Below are positions 55,633 to 64,000 of a DNA stretch of 64,000 nt, piece by piece (position 1 is the stretch's first letter; every line of letters starts with the position of its first letter). The position numbers and the translations under genes were made by a program. This DNA is from Candidatus Marinacidobacterium sp. (lineage in GTDB: Bacteria; Acidobacteriota; Vicinamibacteria; Marinacidobacterales; Marinacidobacteraceae): positions 320,001 to 384,000 of the forward strand of contig OZ242011.1 in NCBI GenBank assembly GCA_965204755.1. Direction: 5' to 3'. Below the pieces are notes generated by a model. It did not search any database and was not told the DNA's origin. It saw nothing but the letters and a program-made list of their open reading frames with translations.

Positions 55633-56037
55633 TCAGCGCCAGACGGACAGCAGGATCGCCTGGCCGGCGAGGGCGACGAAGTTGTAGCCGAGGGTCAGCC
55701 AGAAGAGTCCGGTCTTCCGCTTCTCGAACGCGACGCCCTGGTGGCCGACCGGGAGGACGAACCCGACCACCGCGAGCAGGGCCACATGCACGCCGGCCAT
55801 GACGCCGGCGCCGCCGGCCCCGTGCAGCAACTGCGAGAGGACGAAGGCGGTGACCAGCGCGAGCAGGAAAGAGACGCCGTAGGTCTTGAGCGGGTCGAAG
55901 TCCTTCCGGATTTCCTCCTCGGTGAGCCCCATCAGGCCCAGCCAGGTCTTGCCGAAGATCGGCCCGTACCAGAGCGCGCCCACGATCATGGGAACGAAAC
56001 CGGCGACGAGGACGGCGAGGAAGTTGGCGTCGTGCAT
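55633..56037 (-). CDS. DUF1761 family membrane protein
   Basis: NFLAVLVA...GALWYGPIFGKTW; four TM segments. Confidence 0.85.
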   Translation of the reverse strand: MHDANFLAVLVAGFVPMIVGALWYGPIFGKTWLGLMGLTEEEIRKDFDPLKTYGVSFLLALVTAFVLSQLLHGAGGAGVMAGVHVALLAVVGFVLPVGHQGVAFEKRKTGLFWLTLGYNFVALAGQAILLSVWR

Positions 56038-56041
56038 CGGG

Positions 56042-57406
56042 TTACCTGGGCGCGGAGTCAGCGCCCGAATCGCCGGCGGGGGAATCCCCGTCGGAATTCC
56101 CGTCCCGCGGAACTTCGATGCCGGCCTCGCCCAGTTCCCACAGGACGGCGTCGGCGAACTGGTCGAGCGACGGCACCCGCCGGCCGTTGATGAAGATCGT
56201 CGGCGTCCCGGTAACGCCGAGCCGCATCGCTTCGGCGATGTCGGCGGCGACCGCGGCTTCGGCTTCCGGCGAGTCGAGGCAAACCCGGAACTCGTCGGCG
56301 TCGAGCCCGGCGACTTCCGCGATGCGGACCACATCGTCCGCGGTCGGCTCGACCGGCGGCGCCAGGTACACCCGGTCGTGGTATTCCCAGAAACGGTCCT
56401 GGCGCGCCGCGCAGGCCGCGCCGCGCGCGACCTCGCACGCTCCGGGGTGGAGCGCCCGGGGCAGGTGCGCCGCGCAGTCGTTGTCGAGGGGATAACTGCG
56501 GTAGTAGAGCGCGACATGCGGCCCGGTCGGCCCTTCGGCGTACTGGTCGAACGCCAGCGCGAATCGCCGGCACGACGGACAGAGGAAGTCCGAGAAGGTA
56601 ACGATCTCGACCGGCGCGCCGGCGGCGCCGCGGAACGGCACGCCGTCGAGCGGGATCTCCCGCACCGGCTGCTGCTGGAACGGCGGCACGCGCCACTGCG
56701 GCGGCGAAACGGGAGCGGTTGACGCCGGAAGGAGCCCGGCCGCCTTCACCGGCGCCTCCTCCGGCGCGGCGGAGCGGGCGGAGCGGACGCCGAGCAGGGA
56801 GAGGTCGGGGCCGGAGGACTCGGCCCGGACGCCCAGCCCCCGGTCGAAGAACAGCACCGCGGCGGCCACCACCGACGCCACCACCCAGAACGCCGGCGCG
56901 GCGCGGTCCCAGAGCGGCCTCACCGATGCCGCGGCGGGAAGCGGCGAGCGATCGCGGAACCCGGCGGGAAGGAGCCCGGCGAAGGCGGCGGCGTTCGCCG
57001 CGTAGGTCCAAAGGCAGAGCGAGCAGTACGCCCCGATGGAGAACGCCTGGACGCCGAACAGGAAGAGGTCGACCAGGAGCGCCAGGGCGACGAGCCGCAG
57101 CGCGAGCCGGCCCGGCCGCGAGCGGAGCGGCGCGCCGACCGCGAGCGAGAACCCGAGCAGGAGCGCGAGGGAGGCGAAGAACGCCAGCCCGACCGCGGCG
57201 AGCGGCACCCCGAACGCCGCCGACCAGTCGCTGGCCGCGACCGCCTCGCAGCCGGAATTCGAGGGGTCGCAGACCGCCGCGCCGAGCGCGCCGGCGTCGA
57301 GCCCGTGGTGCCGCAGCAGCAACACGAACGAAAGCGCGCCGCCGAAGAGCGCGGCGGCGAGCGCCCCGCCGAGGCGAAGGGTGTCTTTCGCCGGGCGGCC
57401 CGCCAT
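56042..57406 (-). CDS. Vitamin K epoxide reductase (VKOR)-DsbA fusion
   Basis: VKOR loop CDPSNSGC, SDWS, YCSLC; DsbA FSDFLCPSC and GVTGTPT. ATG at 57406 follows TAGAAT; the track start at 57499 is also possible. Confidence 0.88.
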   Translation of the reverse strand: MAGRPAKDTLRLGGALAAALFGGALSFVLLLRHHGLDAGALGAAVCDPSNSGCEAVAASDWSAAFGVPLAAVGLAFFASLALLLGFSLAVGAPLRSRPGRLALRLVALALLVDLFLFGVQAFSIGAYCSLCLWTYAANAAAFAGLLPAGFRDRSPLPAAASVRPLWDRAAPAFWVVASVVAAAVLFFDRGLGVRAESSGPDLSLLGVRSARSAAPEEAPVKAAGLLPASTAPVSPPQWRVPPFQQQPVREIPLDGVPFRGAAGAPVEIVTFSDFLCPSCRRFALAFDQYAEGPTGPHVALYYRSYPLDNDCAAHLPRALHPGACEVARGAACAARQDRFWEYHDRVYLAPPVEPTADDVVRIAEVAGLDADEFRVCLDSPEAEAAVAADIAEAMRLGVTGTPTIFINGRRVPSLDQFADAVLWELGEAGIEVPRDGNSDGDSPAGDSGADSAPR

Positions 57407-57495
57407 GGAACGCCCGATTCTACCGCCGGGAACGGCCGCCCCCGCCGCCGCCGAGCCGCCGGAACGAGGGGCCTTCACCCCCGGTCGAGGCCGGT

Positions 57496-58179
57496 TCACG
57501 ATGTCTCCTCCCCGCCGGTCGGACGCCGGTAGCGGAGCGCGTAACCCGGAGTCGGGATCCCCGCCGCGAGGTCCGGCGCGGGTTCGGGAACGCCGTACGC
57601 GCTGCCCACGGGAACCACGCCGGCCCAGACGGACAGCGCGAGGTCCTCCTCGTCGTCCGCCGGCGGCCCGCTCCGCGCCTTCGCCGTGGCCTCGTCCAAC
57701 GGGAACGCCGCCACCGCGGTCGCCCGCAACTCGCGGGCGTCGGGCGGGCGGGCATCCGGCCCCCGCCCCGGAACGAGCCGGTCGAGGAGCACATCCAGGC
57801 AGCGGCGCTTCTCCGCCTCGTCTTCGACCGGCGTCGCCCGCCCCAAGGCGACCACCGACCGGTAGTTCATCGAGTGGTGGAACGCCGAACGGGCCAGGAC
57901 CAGGCCGTCGAGCAGCGTCACCGTGACGCAGGCCTCCACGCCGCCCGCGAGCAGCCGCAGGGCGCGGCTCGCCGCCGAACCGTGGAGCAGGAGCCGGTCG
58001 CCGTCGCGGGCGTACCCCATCGGGACCACGAACGGCGCGCCCCCGTCCGAGAACCCCACATGGGCGACCAGGCCCTCGTCGAGGATGCGCCGGATCACCT
58101 CCGGATCGTGCGAGCCGCGCCCCGGAATCCTCCGCACCCGGCTGCGGGGCGTCGGCGCGGACGAGCGCTCCGCCGTCAT
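57496..58179 (-). CDS. Pyridoxamine 5'-phosphate oxidase family flavin-binding protein
   Basis: ILDEGLVAHVGF, LHGSAASR, DGLVLARSAFHHSMNYRSVV, WAGVVP. Confidence 0.92.
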   Translation of the reverse strand: MTAERSSAPTPRSRVRRIPGRGSHDPEVIRRILDEGLVAHVGFSDGGAPFVVPMGYARDGDRLLLHGSAASRALRLLAGGVEACVTVTLLDGLVLARSAFHHSMNYRSVVALGRATPVEDEAEKRRCLDVLLDRLVPGRGPDARPPDARELRATAVAAFPLDEATAKARSGPPADDEEDLALSVWAGVVPVGSAYGVPEPAPDLAAGIPTPGYALRYRRPTGGEETS

Positions 58180-58193
58180 GCGGAGGGACGCCC

Positions 58194-59393
58194 TCAGATC
58201 TCGGCCCGGAGCGCGAGCCGCTTCAGCAGCGCGTCGTGGGTCACCACGCCCACGAGCCGCCCCTCGTCGAGCACCGCGATCGCCGGGAGGCCATCGAGCA
58301 GCGGCGCGACCACCCGGATGGCGGCGTCGCCGGGGCTCAGGGTCTTCTCCAGGATGTCCGGCTTCATCAACTGCCGGGCGGTGAGGTCGTCCCAACCCGG
58401 CCGCGACCGGTCGGCGATGTCCTCGAGCCGCACCGCGCCCACCAGCCGCGCCTCGTCGAGCACCGGGATCACCCCGACCGGGGCGTCCGGCTCCATCGCG
58501 GCCAGGTCCGGCGCCCGCGCGCCCTGCTGGACGGAATGCACCCGGTAGTCCAGCAGGTGCCCGACGGTGACGCCGCGGAGCGTCTCCGCCAACCAGACAT
58601 ACCGGGTCACATCCATCGCCGCGCGGCGCAGGTGGACCCCCACGAACACGAACCAGCCGCCGAGGACGATCCGGGCGACCCCGGAGGCGCCGCTTTCCAC
58701 GCCCAGCAGCGCGAGCACCCCGAACGCGATGAGGAGCAGCCCGAAGGAGCGTCCGGTGGCGGCGGCGGCGCGGGTGGCGGCCGCCTGTTTGCCCCAGATG
58801 GCCCAGAGCGCGGCGCGCAGGAGCCGGCCGCCGTCGAAGGGGATCGCCGGAATCAGGTTCACGGCGAGGAGGAGGGCGTTCATGAGCGCCGCGTAGGTCG
58901 CCACCTGCGCCCCGGCGGGCGGGAGCGGCGTGGCCCCCGGCCAGCCGGCGGCGAGGAAGAGGAGGCCCATCGCCAAGGTGGCCAGCGGCCCGGCGGCGGC
59001 GATCCGGAATTCGATTCCCGGCCGCTGCGGCTCGGAGGCGAGTTCGGTCCTCCCGCCGAAGACCTTGAGGTTGATCGCCGCGACCCGGATGCCGGAGCGG
59101 AGCGCGGCGAAGGCGTGCGCCAGTTCGTGGACGATCACCGAAACGAGGAGGCACACCGCGGTCAGGACGCCGAGGCCCACCGCCGCCGGCGCGCCGACCG
59201 GCGCGTCGCCGCGCGTGTAGATAACCGCGAAACTCGCGGAGAGGAGCGCGGCGAGCGGCAGCCAGGAGGCGTGGATGCGGAGCGGGATCCCCAGCAGCCG
59301 CCCGAGCCCCTGCGACCCGACCGCCCCGCCGCCGGGCGCGCGGCCGGGGCCCGTCCCGCCGCCCTCCGGCGGGGAAGAGGCGTTCGCGGTCAT
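58194..59393 (-). CDS. Site-2 protease (M50) with CBS domains
   Basis: HELAH, IAAAGP, NLIPAIPFDGGR, C-terminal CBS pair. Confidence 0.92.
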   Translation of the reverse strand: MTANASSPPEGGGTGPGRAPGGGAVGSQGLGRLLGIPLRIHASWLPLAALLSASFAVIYTRGDAPVGAPAAVGLGVLTAVCLLVSVIVHELAHAFAALRSGIRVAAINLKVFGGRTELASEPQRPGIEFRIAAAGPLATLAMGLLFLAAGWPGATPLPPAGAQVATYAALMNALLLAVNLIPAIPFDGGRLLRAALWAIWGKQAAATRAAAATGRSFGLLLIAFGVLALLGVESGASGVARIVLGGWFVFVGVHLRRAAMDVTRYVWLAETLRGVTVGHLLDYRVHSVQQGARAPDLAAMEPDAPVGVIPVLDEARLVGAVRLEDIADRSRPGWDDLTARQLMKPDILEKTLSPGDAAIRVVAPLLDGLPAIAVLDEGRLVGVVTHDALLKRLALRAEI

Positions 59394-61045
59394 CGGCGGG
59401 GCCGCCGGCCGGAGTCCGACTCCGGGGCCTGTGCCTTGGCCGGGGCCGGGGCCGGGTTCCCGGCGCCGGGGCCCCCGGAAGGCGCCGGTTCGCGGCGGGC
59501 GACCAGGAGGAGGTCCCCGGGCGCGGCCGGCCGGTCGAGCCGGCCCCGGTTCAGTTCGCGGAGGACGAAGACCGGCACATCGCTCTCCCCGCCGCGGGCG
59601 AACGCCTCCAGCGCCTCCAGCGCCCCGATCGCCTCCAGCGCCCCGAGCGCCGACCCCGGCCGGGGAACCCGCGCGGCGCGGAGCCGCAGCCATCCCGGCG
59701 CCGCTCCGCTCCGGTAGGGAGCGGCGCTCCGCAGCATCGCCATGAAGGAATTCTCGCACGCGGCGAGCGGCCGCCGGCCGCAGTCGAAGCGGACCTCCAC
59801 GAGCCCGCGGGGAGCGTCCAGGAGCGCCAGGTAGCCGCGGGCCGCGCCGATCGGGCCGGCTGGGCCGCCTGGGCCGACTGGGCCAACTGGGCCGCGTCCG
59901 GCGTCCGCGCGGAGTCCGCCGAGCCGCGCCGCCGCCCCCCGGACGCCGCGCCCCCGCACCGCTTCGACGAACTCGACCGGCCTCTCCCCCGCCCTTTCGA
60001 GGATCTTCCCGGCGAGTTCCCGCAGGCGCCGCCGCTGCTCGCGCGCCCCCTCGGCGTGGAAGACCCCGTCCGTCCCGACCCTCGTTTCGACCGTCGTTTC
60101 GACCCTCGTTTCGACCGTCGCCCCGACCGGCTCCCCGACCGTCTCCCCGACGGTCTCCAAAGCCGGCGCCGGAAGCGCGTCCGCGTCCCCGGGTTCGAGT
60201 TCCTCCACGACGAGGTCCGGCCGGAGGCCGCGCGCCGCCCGATGCCGGCCCTCCGCGCCCGGGGCGAAGAGGTAGCCGGGGGGCGCCCGCAACCGGAGCC
60301 CGGCCCGCGGCAGGTACAGGTCGCGTCCGCGGGCGCCGCCGCGCTCCGGCGGCTCCCCGTAGGCGAGTCCGTCCAGCAGGGCGATCCACGGCTCGTCCCC
60401 GGACTCCCCGGGCGATGCCGCGGCGGCGCCCGGTGTCGCCGAATCGGCGCCGGGGCTTCCTTCGCGGGGAAGCGGCACCGGTATCGGCTGCGGGAGCAGC
60501 GAACCGTCCGCCCCCCGGAAGGAGCGGTCGGCGTACCGGGCCGCGGCGCCGCGGAAGAGTTCGCCCAGCGACCGTTCACCGCCGAGAACGGCGAGCGCGC
60601 CCCGGGTGAGGAACACCGAACCGTCGGCGAACAGGAACGCCTCCGGCGCCGCGTCGTCGGTCACGACGAAGCGCCACCCTTCGGGCCCCGCCGCCGGGCC
60701 GGCGCCCCCGCCCGCTCCGCCCGTCGCCTCCGGCGGCAGCGCGACCGCCGGGTAGTCCTCCCCAAAGTGTTCGCCGTAGTGTTCGCCGTAGTGTTCGCGC
60801 ACCGCGCCCCGGCCGACTTCCTCGACCCGCGCGGCGAGTTCCGCGGCGGGCTCCGCGGCCGTTTCATCGCCGGCGCCGTACGGTCGGCGCGCCTTCTCGA
60901 ACTCCGCCCGCGCGCGGGCGCCGGCTTCGACCGCCGCCGCGTCCGGGAACGCCGGCCGACCGGAGCGCCCCCCGAACGCGATCCCGCCGGCGGCGCAGCC
61001 CAACGCCGCGCCCGCCGCCGGGGAGAGCAGTCCGCCGACCAGCAA
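59390..61045 (-). CDS. Degenerate M48 metalloprotease-like protein lacking HExxH
   Basis: WRFVVTDDAAPEAF..DGSVFLTRGAL and LDGLAYGEPPERG follow the M48 pattern; no HExxH; 5' end uncertain. Confidence 0.6.
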   Translation of the reverse strand: MLVGGLLSPAAGAALGCAAGGIAFGGRSGRPAFPDAAAVEAGARARAEFEKARRPYGAGDETAAEPAAELAARVEEVGRGAVREHYGEHYGEHFGEDYPAVALPPEATGGAGGGAGPAAGPEGWRFVVTDDAAPEAFLFADGSVFLTRGALAVLGGERSLGELFRGAAARYADRSFRGADGSLLPQPIPVPLPREGSPGADSATPGAAAASPGESGDEPWIALLDGLAYGEPPERGGARGRDLYLPRAGLRLRAPPGYLFAPGAEGRHRAARGLRPDLVVEELEPGDADALPAPALETVGETVGEPVGATVETRVETTVETRVGTDGVFHAEGAREQRRRLRELAGKILERAGERPVEFVEAVRGRGVRGAAARLGGLRADAGRGPVGPVGPGGPAGPIGAARGYLALLDAPRGLVEVRFDCGRRPLAACENSFMAMLRSAAPYRSGAAPGWLRLRAARVPRPGSALGALEAIGALEALEAFARGGESDVPVFVLRELNRGRLDRPAAPGDLLLVARREPAPSGGPGAGNPAPAPAKAQAPESDSGRRPRR

Positions 61046-61114
61046 CAGCCGCCGCGCCGACGCCCCCGGAGGGCGCCGGGCGGCGCGCCCCGGCGACCGC
61101 GTCAGTGGACTTAC

Positions 61115-61220
61115 GGGGAAACCGACAGCGGAACCGGCAGGGAAACCGACAGGGAAACCGCCGGGGAAACCGGGAGGGAAACCGATGCGGAAACCGGTCG
61201 GGGAACCGATGGGGAAACCA
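61115..61220. repeat. About nine copies of a 12-bp tandem repeat (gggaaaccgNNN)
   Basis: Visible directly; intergenic. Confidence 0.85.
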
Positions 61221-61250
61221 CGCGTTCGGCGCCCGAACGGCGGGGCGCCG

Positions 61251-61508
61251 TCAGGCGTAGAACGCGGTGTTGATTTCCCGGTACCCGGCCCACTCGTCCG
61301 GCAACTCTTCGTCCGGGAAGATGGCCGTCACCGGGCACGCCGGCTCGCAGGCGCCGCAGTCGATGCAGACCTCGGGGTCGATGAAGAGTTGCTTCGCCTC
61401 CTCGAACCCGTCCTCGTCGCTGGTGGGGTGGATGCAGTCCACCGGACAGACATCCACGCAGGCCGTGTCCTTGGTCCCGATGCAGGGCTCCGCGATCCAG
61501 TACGACAT
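61251..61508 (-). CDS. Dicluster (7Fe-type) ferredoxin
   Basis: CIGTKDTACVDVCPVDCI and CIDCGACEPACP. Confidence 0.95.
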   Translation of the reverse strand: MSYWIAEPCIGTKDTACVDVCPVDCIHPTSDEDGFEEAKQLFIDPEVCIDCGACEPACPVTAIFPDEELPDEWAGYREINTAFYA

Positions 61509-61566
61509 TCGATGCGCGCCTCCTACAGCACGAGTGATGCGTCCCGCCGGTTCGTCCGTCCGCCCG

Positions 61567-63051
61567 TCAACCCAAGTCCAGCAACTGCCGGGAGATTTCG
61601 GTGAAACGGTCGAGCGAACCCCAGAACACCAGTCCGAGAATGTTAGGAACCGCCAGCAGGAAAAGCAAACCGGCGTCGAGCCGCGCGAGACCGAAAGCGG
61701 GGCTCGGCGCCGCCTCCGGGTCCACGACCATGATCCGCAGCACCTTGATGTAGTAGAAGGCGGCGACGGCGCTGTTCAGCACCCCGACGACGGCGAACCA
61801 GCCGAGACCGGCGCGGATGACCGCGGCGAACACATAGTACTTGGCCAGGAAGCCCGCGAACGGCGGGATCCCCATGAGCGAGAAGAGGAAGATGCCCATG
61901 GCGATCGTGAGCATCGGCGACCGCTTCCAGAAACCGGCGTAGGAGGACAACTCGAAACTGCCGGTGACCCGGTGCGCGAGGATGACCACGAAGAACGCGC
62001 CCAGGTTCATGAACAGGTAGATCACCAGGTACGCCGCCACCGCCTGGATTCCCTGGAGGGAGAGCGCGGCCGCGCCCATGAGGATCGTCCCGGCGTGCGC
62101 GATGGAGGAGTAGGCCAGCAGGCGCTTGATGTTCGTCTGCAGCAGCGCCGCCACATTCCCCAGCGTCATGGTCGCAACCGACAGCGCGATCACCAGCGTC
62201 CGCCAGTCGGCGCCGCCTACCGGGTCGAACCCGCCCGCCCCGGAAGTCTCGGCGAGTCCGGAGTAGAAGAACCGGAGCAGCACGGCGAAACCCGCCGCCT
62301 TCGGGCCGACGGAGAGGAAAGCGGTCACCGGCGTCGGCGCGCCGGTATAGACATCCGGACACCAGAAGTGGAACGGCGCCGCGGCGATCTTGAAACCGAA
62401 TCCCGCTACCACGAGGACGAGCGTCAGCAGGAGCGCCGGGCCGGGGGTCCCCTCGGCCAGCGCCGCGCGGATGCCGTAGAGGTCGAGCGTCCCGGTCAGG
62501 CCGTAGAGCAGCGAGAGGCCGAACAGCATCGCGCCGGTCGAAACCGCGCCGAACAGGATGTACTTGAGCGAGGCCTCGTTGGACAGCCGGTCGGAACTGA
62601 GATAGCCGACCATCAGGTAGGAGGCGATGGACACCGTCTCGAGCGACAGGTAGATCATCACCAGGTTCACCGAACCGGCCATCCACATCAGCGCGGCGGT
62701 GACGGTGAGCAGGAGCGCCACCATCTCGCCCATCCGGACGCCGTCGAGTTCCTTCGACCGGAGCGTGAACAGCAGCACCAGGATCGAGGACAGCGCGAAG
62801 AGCGGCCGGAGCACGGCGAGCAGGCCGTCGTCGGCGAGCATCGAGGCGAACAGCGTCCCGTTTCCGGGTGAGCCGAACGAAGCGGCGAACGCCAGCAGGA
62901 GGCCCGCGAGGGTGACGCCGACCAGCAGCCGCCGGCCTTCCGCCGGGGGCCGGGACTGGGTGAGGAGGTCCACCAGGATGACGACCGCCAGGGCCCCCAC
63001 CAGGATGAGTTCGGGGACGAACCGGGCGAGGCTGGCGAGGGCGTCGGACAC
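61567..63051 (-). CDS. nuoN: NADH-quinone oxidoreductase subunit N
   Basis: EASLKY, GFKIAAAPFHFWCPDVYTGAPTPV, KRLLAYSSIAH, GIPPFAGF. Confidence 0.95.
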   Translation of the reverse strand: MSDALASLARFVPELILVGALAVVILVDLLTQSRPPAEGRRLLVGVTLAGLLLAFAASFGSPGNGTLFASMLADDGLLAVLRPLFALSSILVLLFTLRSKELDGVRMGEMVALLLTVTAALMWMAGSVNLVMIYLSLETVSIASYLMVGYLSSDRLSNEASLKYILFGAVSTGAMLFGLSLLYGLTGTLDLYGIRAALAEGTPGPALLLTLVLVVAGFGFKIAAAPFHFWCPDVYTGAPTPVTAFLSVGPKAAGFAVLLRFFYSGLAETSGAGGFDPVGGADWRTLVIALSVATMTLGNVAALLQTNIKRLLAYSSIAHAGTILMGAAALSLQGIQAVAAYLVIYLFMNLGAFFVVILAHRVTGSFELSSYAGFWKRSPMLTIAMGIFLFSLMGIPPFAGFLAKYYVFAAVIRAGLGWFAVVGVLNSAVAAFYYIKVLRIMVVDPEAAPSPAFGLARLDAGLLFLLAVPNILGLVFWGSLDRFTEISRQLLDLG

Positions 63052-63055
63052 CGGG

Positions 63056-63361
63056 CTACCCCTTCAACTCCGAGGCCCGGTCGAGGTTCACATTCTTCGC
63101 CACCCGGTAGAGCGACATGACGATGGCCAGGGCCACCGCCGCCTCGCAGGCGGCCACCACGATCACCAGCAGGGCGAAGACCTGCCCGCCGAGCGCCCCT
63201 TCCACGAACCGCGAGAACGCCACCAGGTTGATGTTCGCCGAGTTGAAGATCAACTCGATGGACATGAGCACATTGACCGCGTTCCGCCGCGTGAGCACCC
63301 CGAAGACGCCGAGGCAGAACAGCGCCGCCGAGATGTAGAGGTAGTGCTCGAGCGGAATCAC
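63056..63361 (-). CDS. nuoK: NADH-quinone oxidoreductase subunit K
   Basis: LMSIELIFNSANIN, VAACEAAVALA. Confidence 0.96.
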   Translation of the reverse strand: MIPLEHYLYISAALFCLGVFGVLTRRNAVNVLMSIELIFNSANINLVAFSRFVEGALGGQVFALLVIVVAACEAAVALAIVMSLYRVAKNVNLDRASELKG

Positions 63362-63855
63362 GACCCGGACCTCCGGCGCACCAGCATCGCCGCCCCCATC
63401 AGCGCGATCAGCAGGAGGACCGAGGCGATCTCGAACGGCAGCAGGTAGTCGCCCACCAGCAGGCGCCCGATGGACTCGCTGGTCGGCCCGGGGTCCCCGG
63501 TGTCCATCGCCCGCCAGTCCACGCCCCGGATGATGCCGACGAGGAGCGCGAACAGCAGCCCGGAGGCGACGGCGCCGGGAACGACCTGCACCGCGCCGGT
63601 GCGCAGGTTCAGGTCGAAGATCCGGTGGGTCAGCATCACCCCGAACAGGAGGAGCGTCAGGATGGCGCCCACATAGATGAGCACCTGCGCCCCGGCGAGG
63701 AAGTCCGCGCCGAGATAGACATAGAACACCGCGATCCCGAAGAACGCCGCCACGAGCGCGAACGCCGAGTGCACCAGGTTGCGGCCGAGCACGACGAGCA
63801 ACGCCGCCCCGAGCACCATCGCCGCGGTGGCGTAGAAGATGAGTTGCGAGGCCAT
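63358..63855 (-). CDS. nuoJ: NADH-quinone oxidoreductase subunit J
   Basis: RNLVHSA, QVLIYVGAI, LPFEIASVLLL. Confidence 0.95.
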   Translation of the reverse strand: MASQLIFYATAAMVLGAALLVVLGRNLVHSAFALVAAFFGIAVFYVYLGADFLAGAQVLIYVGAILTLLLFGVMLTHRIFDLNLRTGAVQVVPGAVASGLLFALLVGIIRGVDWRAMDTGDPGPTSESIGRLLVGDYLLPFEIASVLLLIALMGAAMLVRRRSGS

Positions 63856-64000
63856 TCCGCTGACGGTCTCTTTCGAAGTGCCTGCCGCGCGTCAGTGGTG
63901 GAGGAGTGTCTTCGCTGGCCCGGGCGCCGGACTCCCGCTCAGGCCGAAGCCCCGCCGCCCGGGGCGGGGGCCGGGGGCGCCGGCGCCGGCGGCGGGGTGC

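Noticed and set aside
63940-64000. 3' end of an upstream nuo gene
   Set aside because: Only about 20 low-complexity Pro/Ala codons are visible, so it cannot be identified.

Overview
A very GC-rich (roughly 70-75% by eye) Gram-negative bacterial chromosome segment. The gene mix (Oar-type TonB receptor, PQQ dehydrogenase, propeller-amidohydrolase, DUF6503) suggests Acidobacteriota, possibly a marine host-associated lineage; this is inference only. Most long ORFs in the supplied track are GC shadow frames, and I re-called about 40 real CDSs. They cover envelope modification (two SGNH paralogues, a GT-C protein), an RND efflux trio, a TonB receptor, a PQQ dehydrogenase, a membrane/spermidine-synthase fusion, a three-gene STAND-ATPase/nuclease island, a hydantoin-type catabolic cluster, several Na+-coupled transporters, hppA, djlA, VKOR-DsbA and nuoJ-K-N. 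No rRNA, tRNA or CRISPR array was seen. Highlights: (1) a missed selenoprotein at 21886-22473 with an in-frame UGA in a UxxC motif and a SECIS-like hairpin exactly 11 nt downstream; (2) a 1.8 kb satellite-like array of about 15-bp TCGATCC units between an ATG and the spermidine-synthase fusion, stop-free in all three minus frames, which could act as a frame switch; (3) nine phased GAATTGTGTATAG repeats next to IS-end scars, holding the only AGCT sites I found in a window that otherwise appears to avoid AGCT and ACGT; (4) a candidate anti-phage NACHT/STAND protein with a C-terminal nuclease; (5) an SGNH cassette bracketed by a duplicated gene tail and carrying a G14 tract. All family calls come from motif recognition, not database searches.
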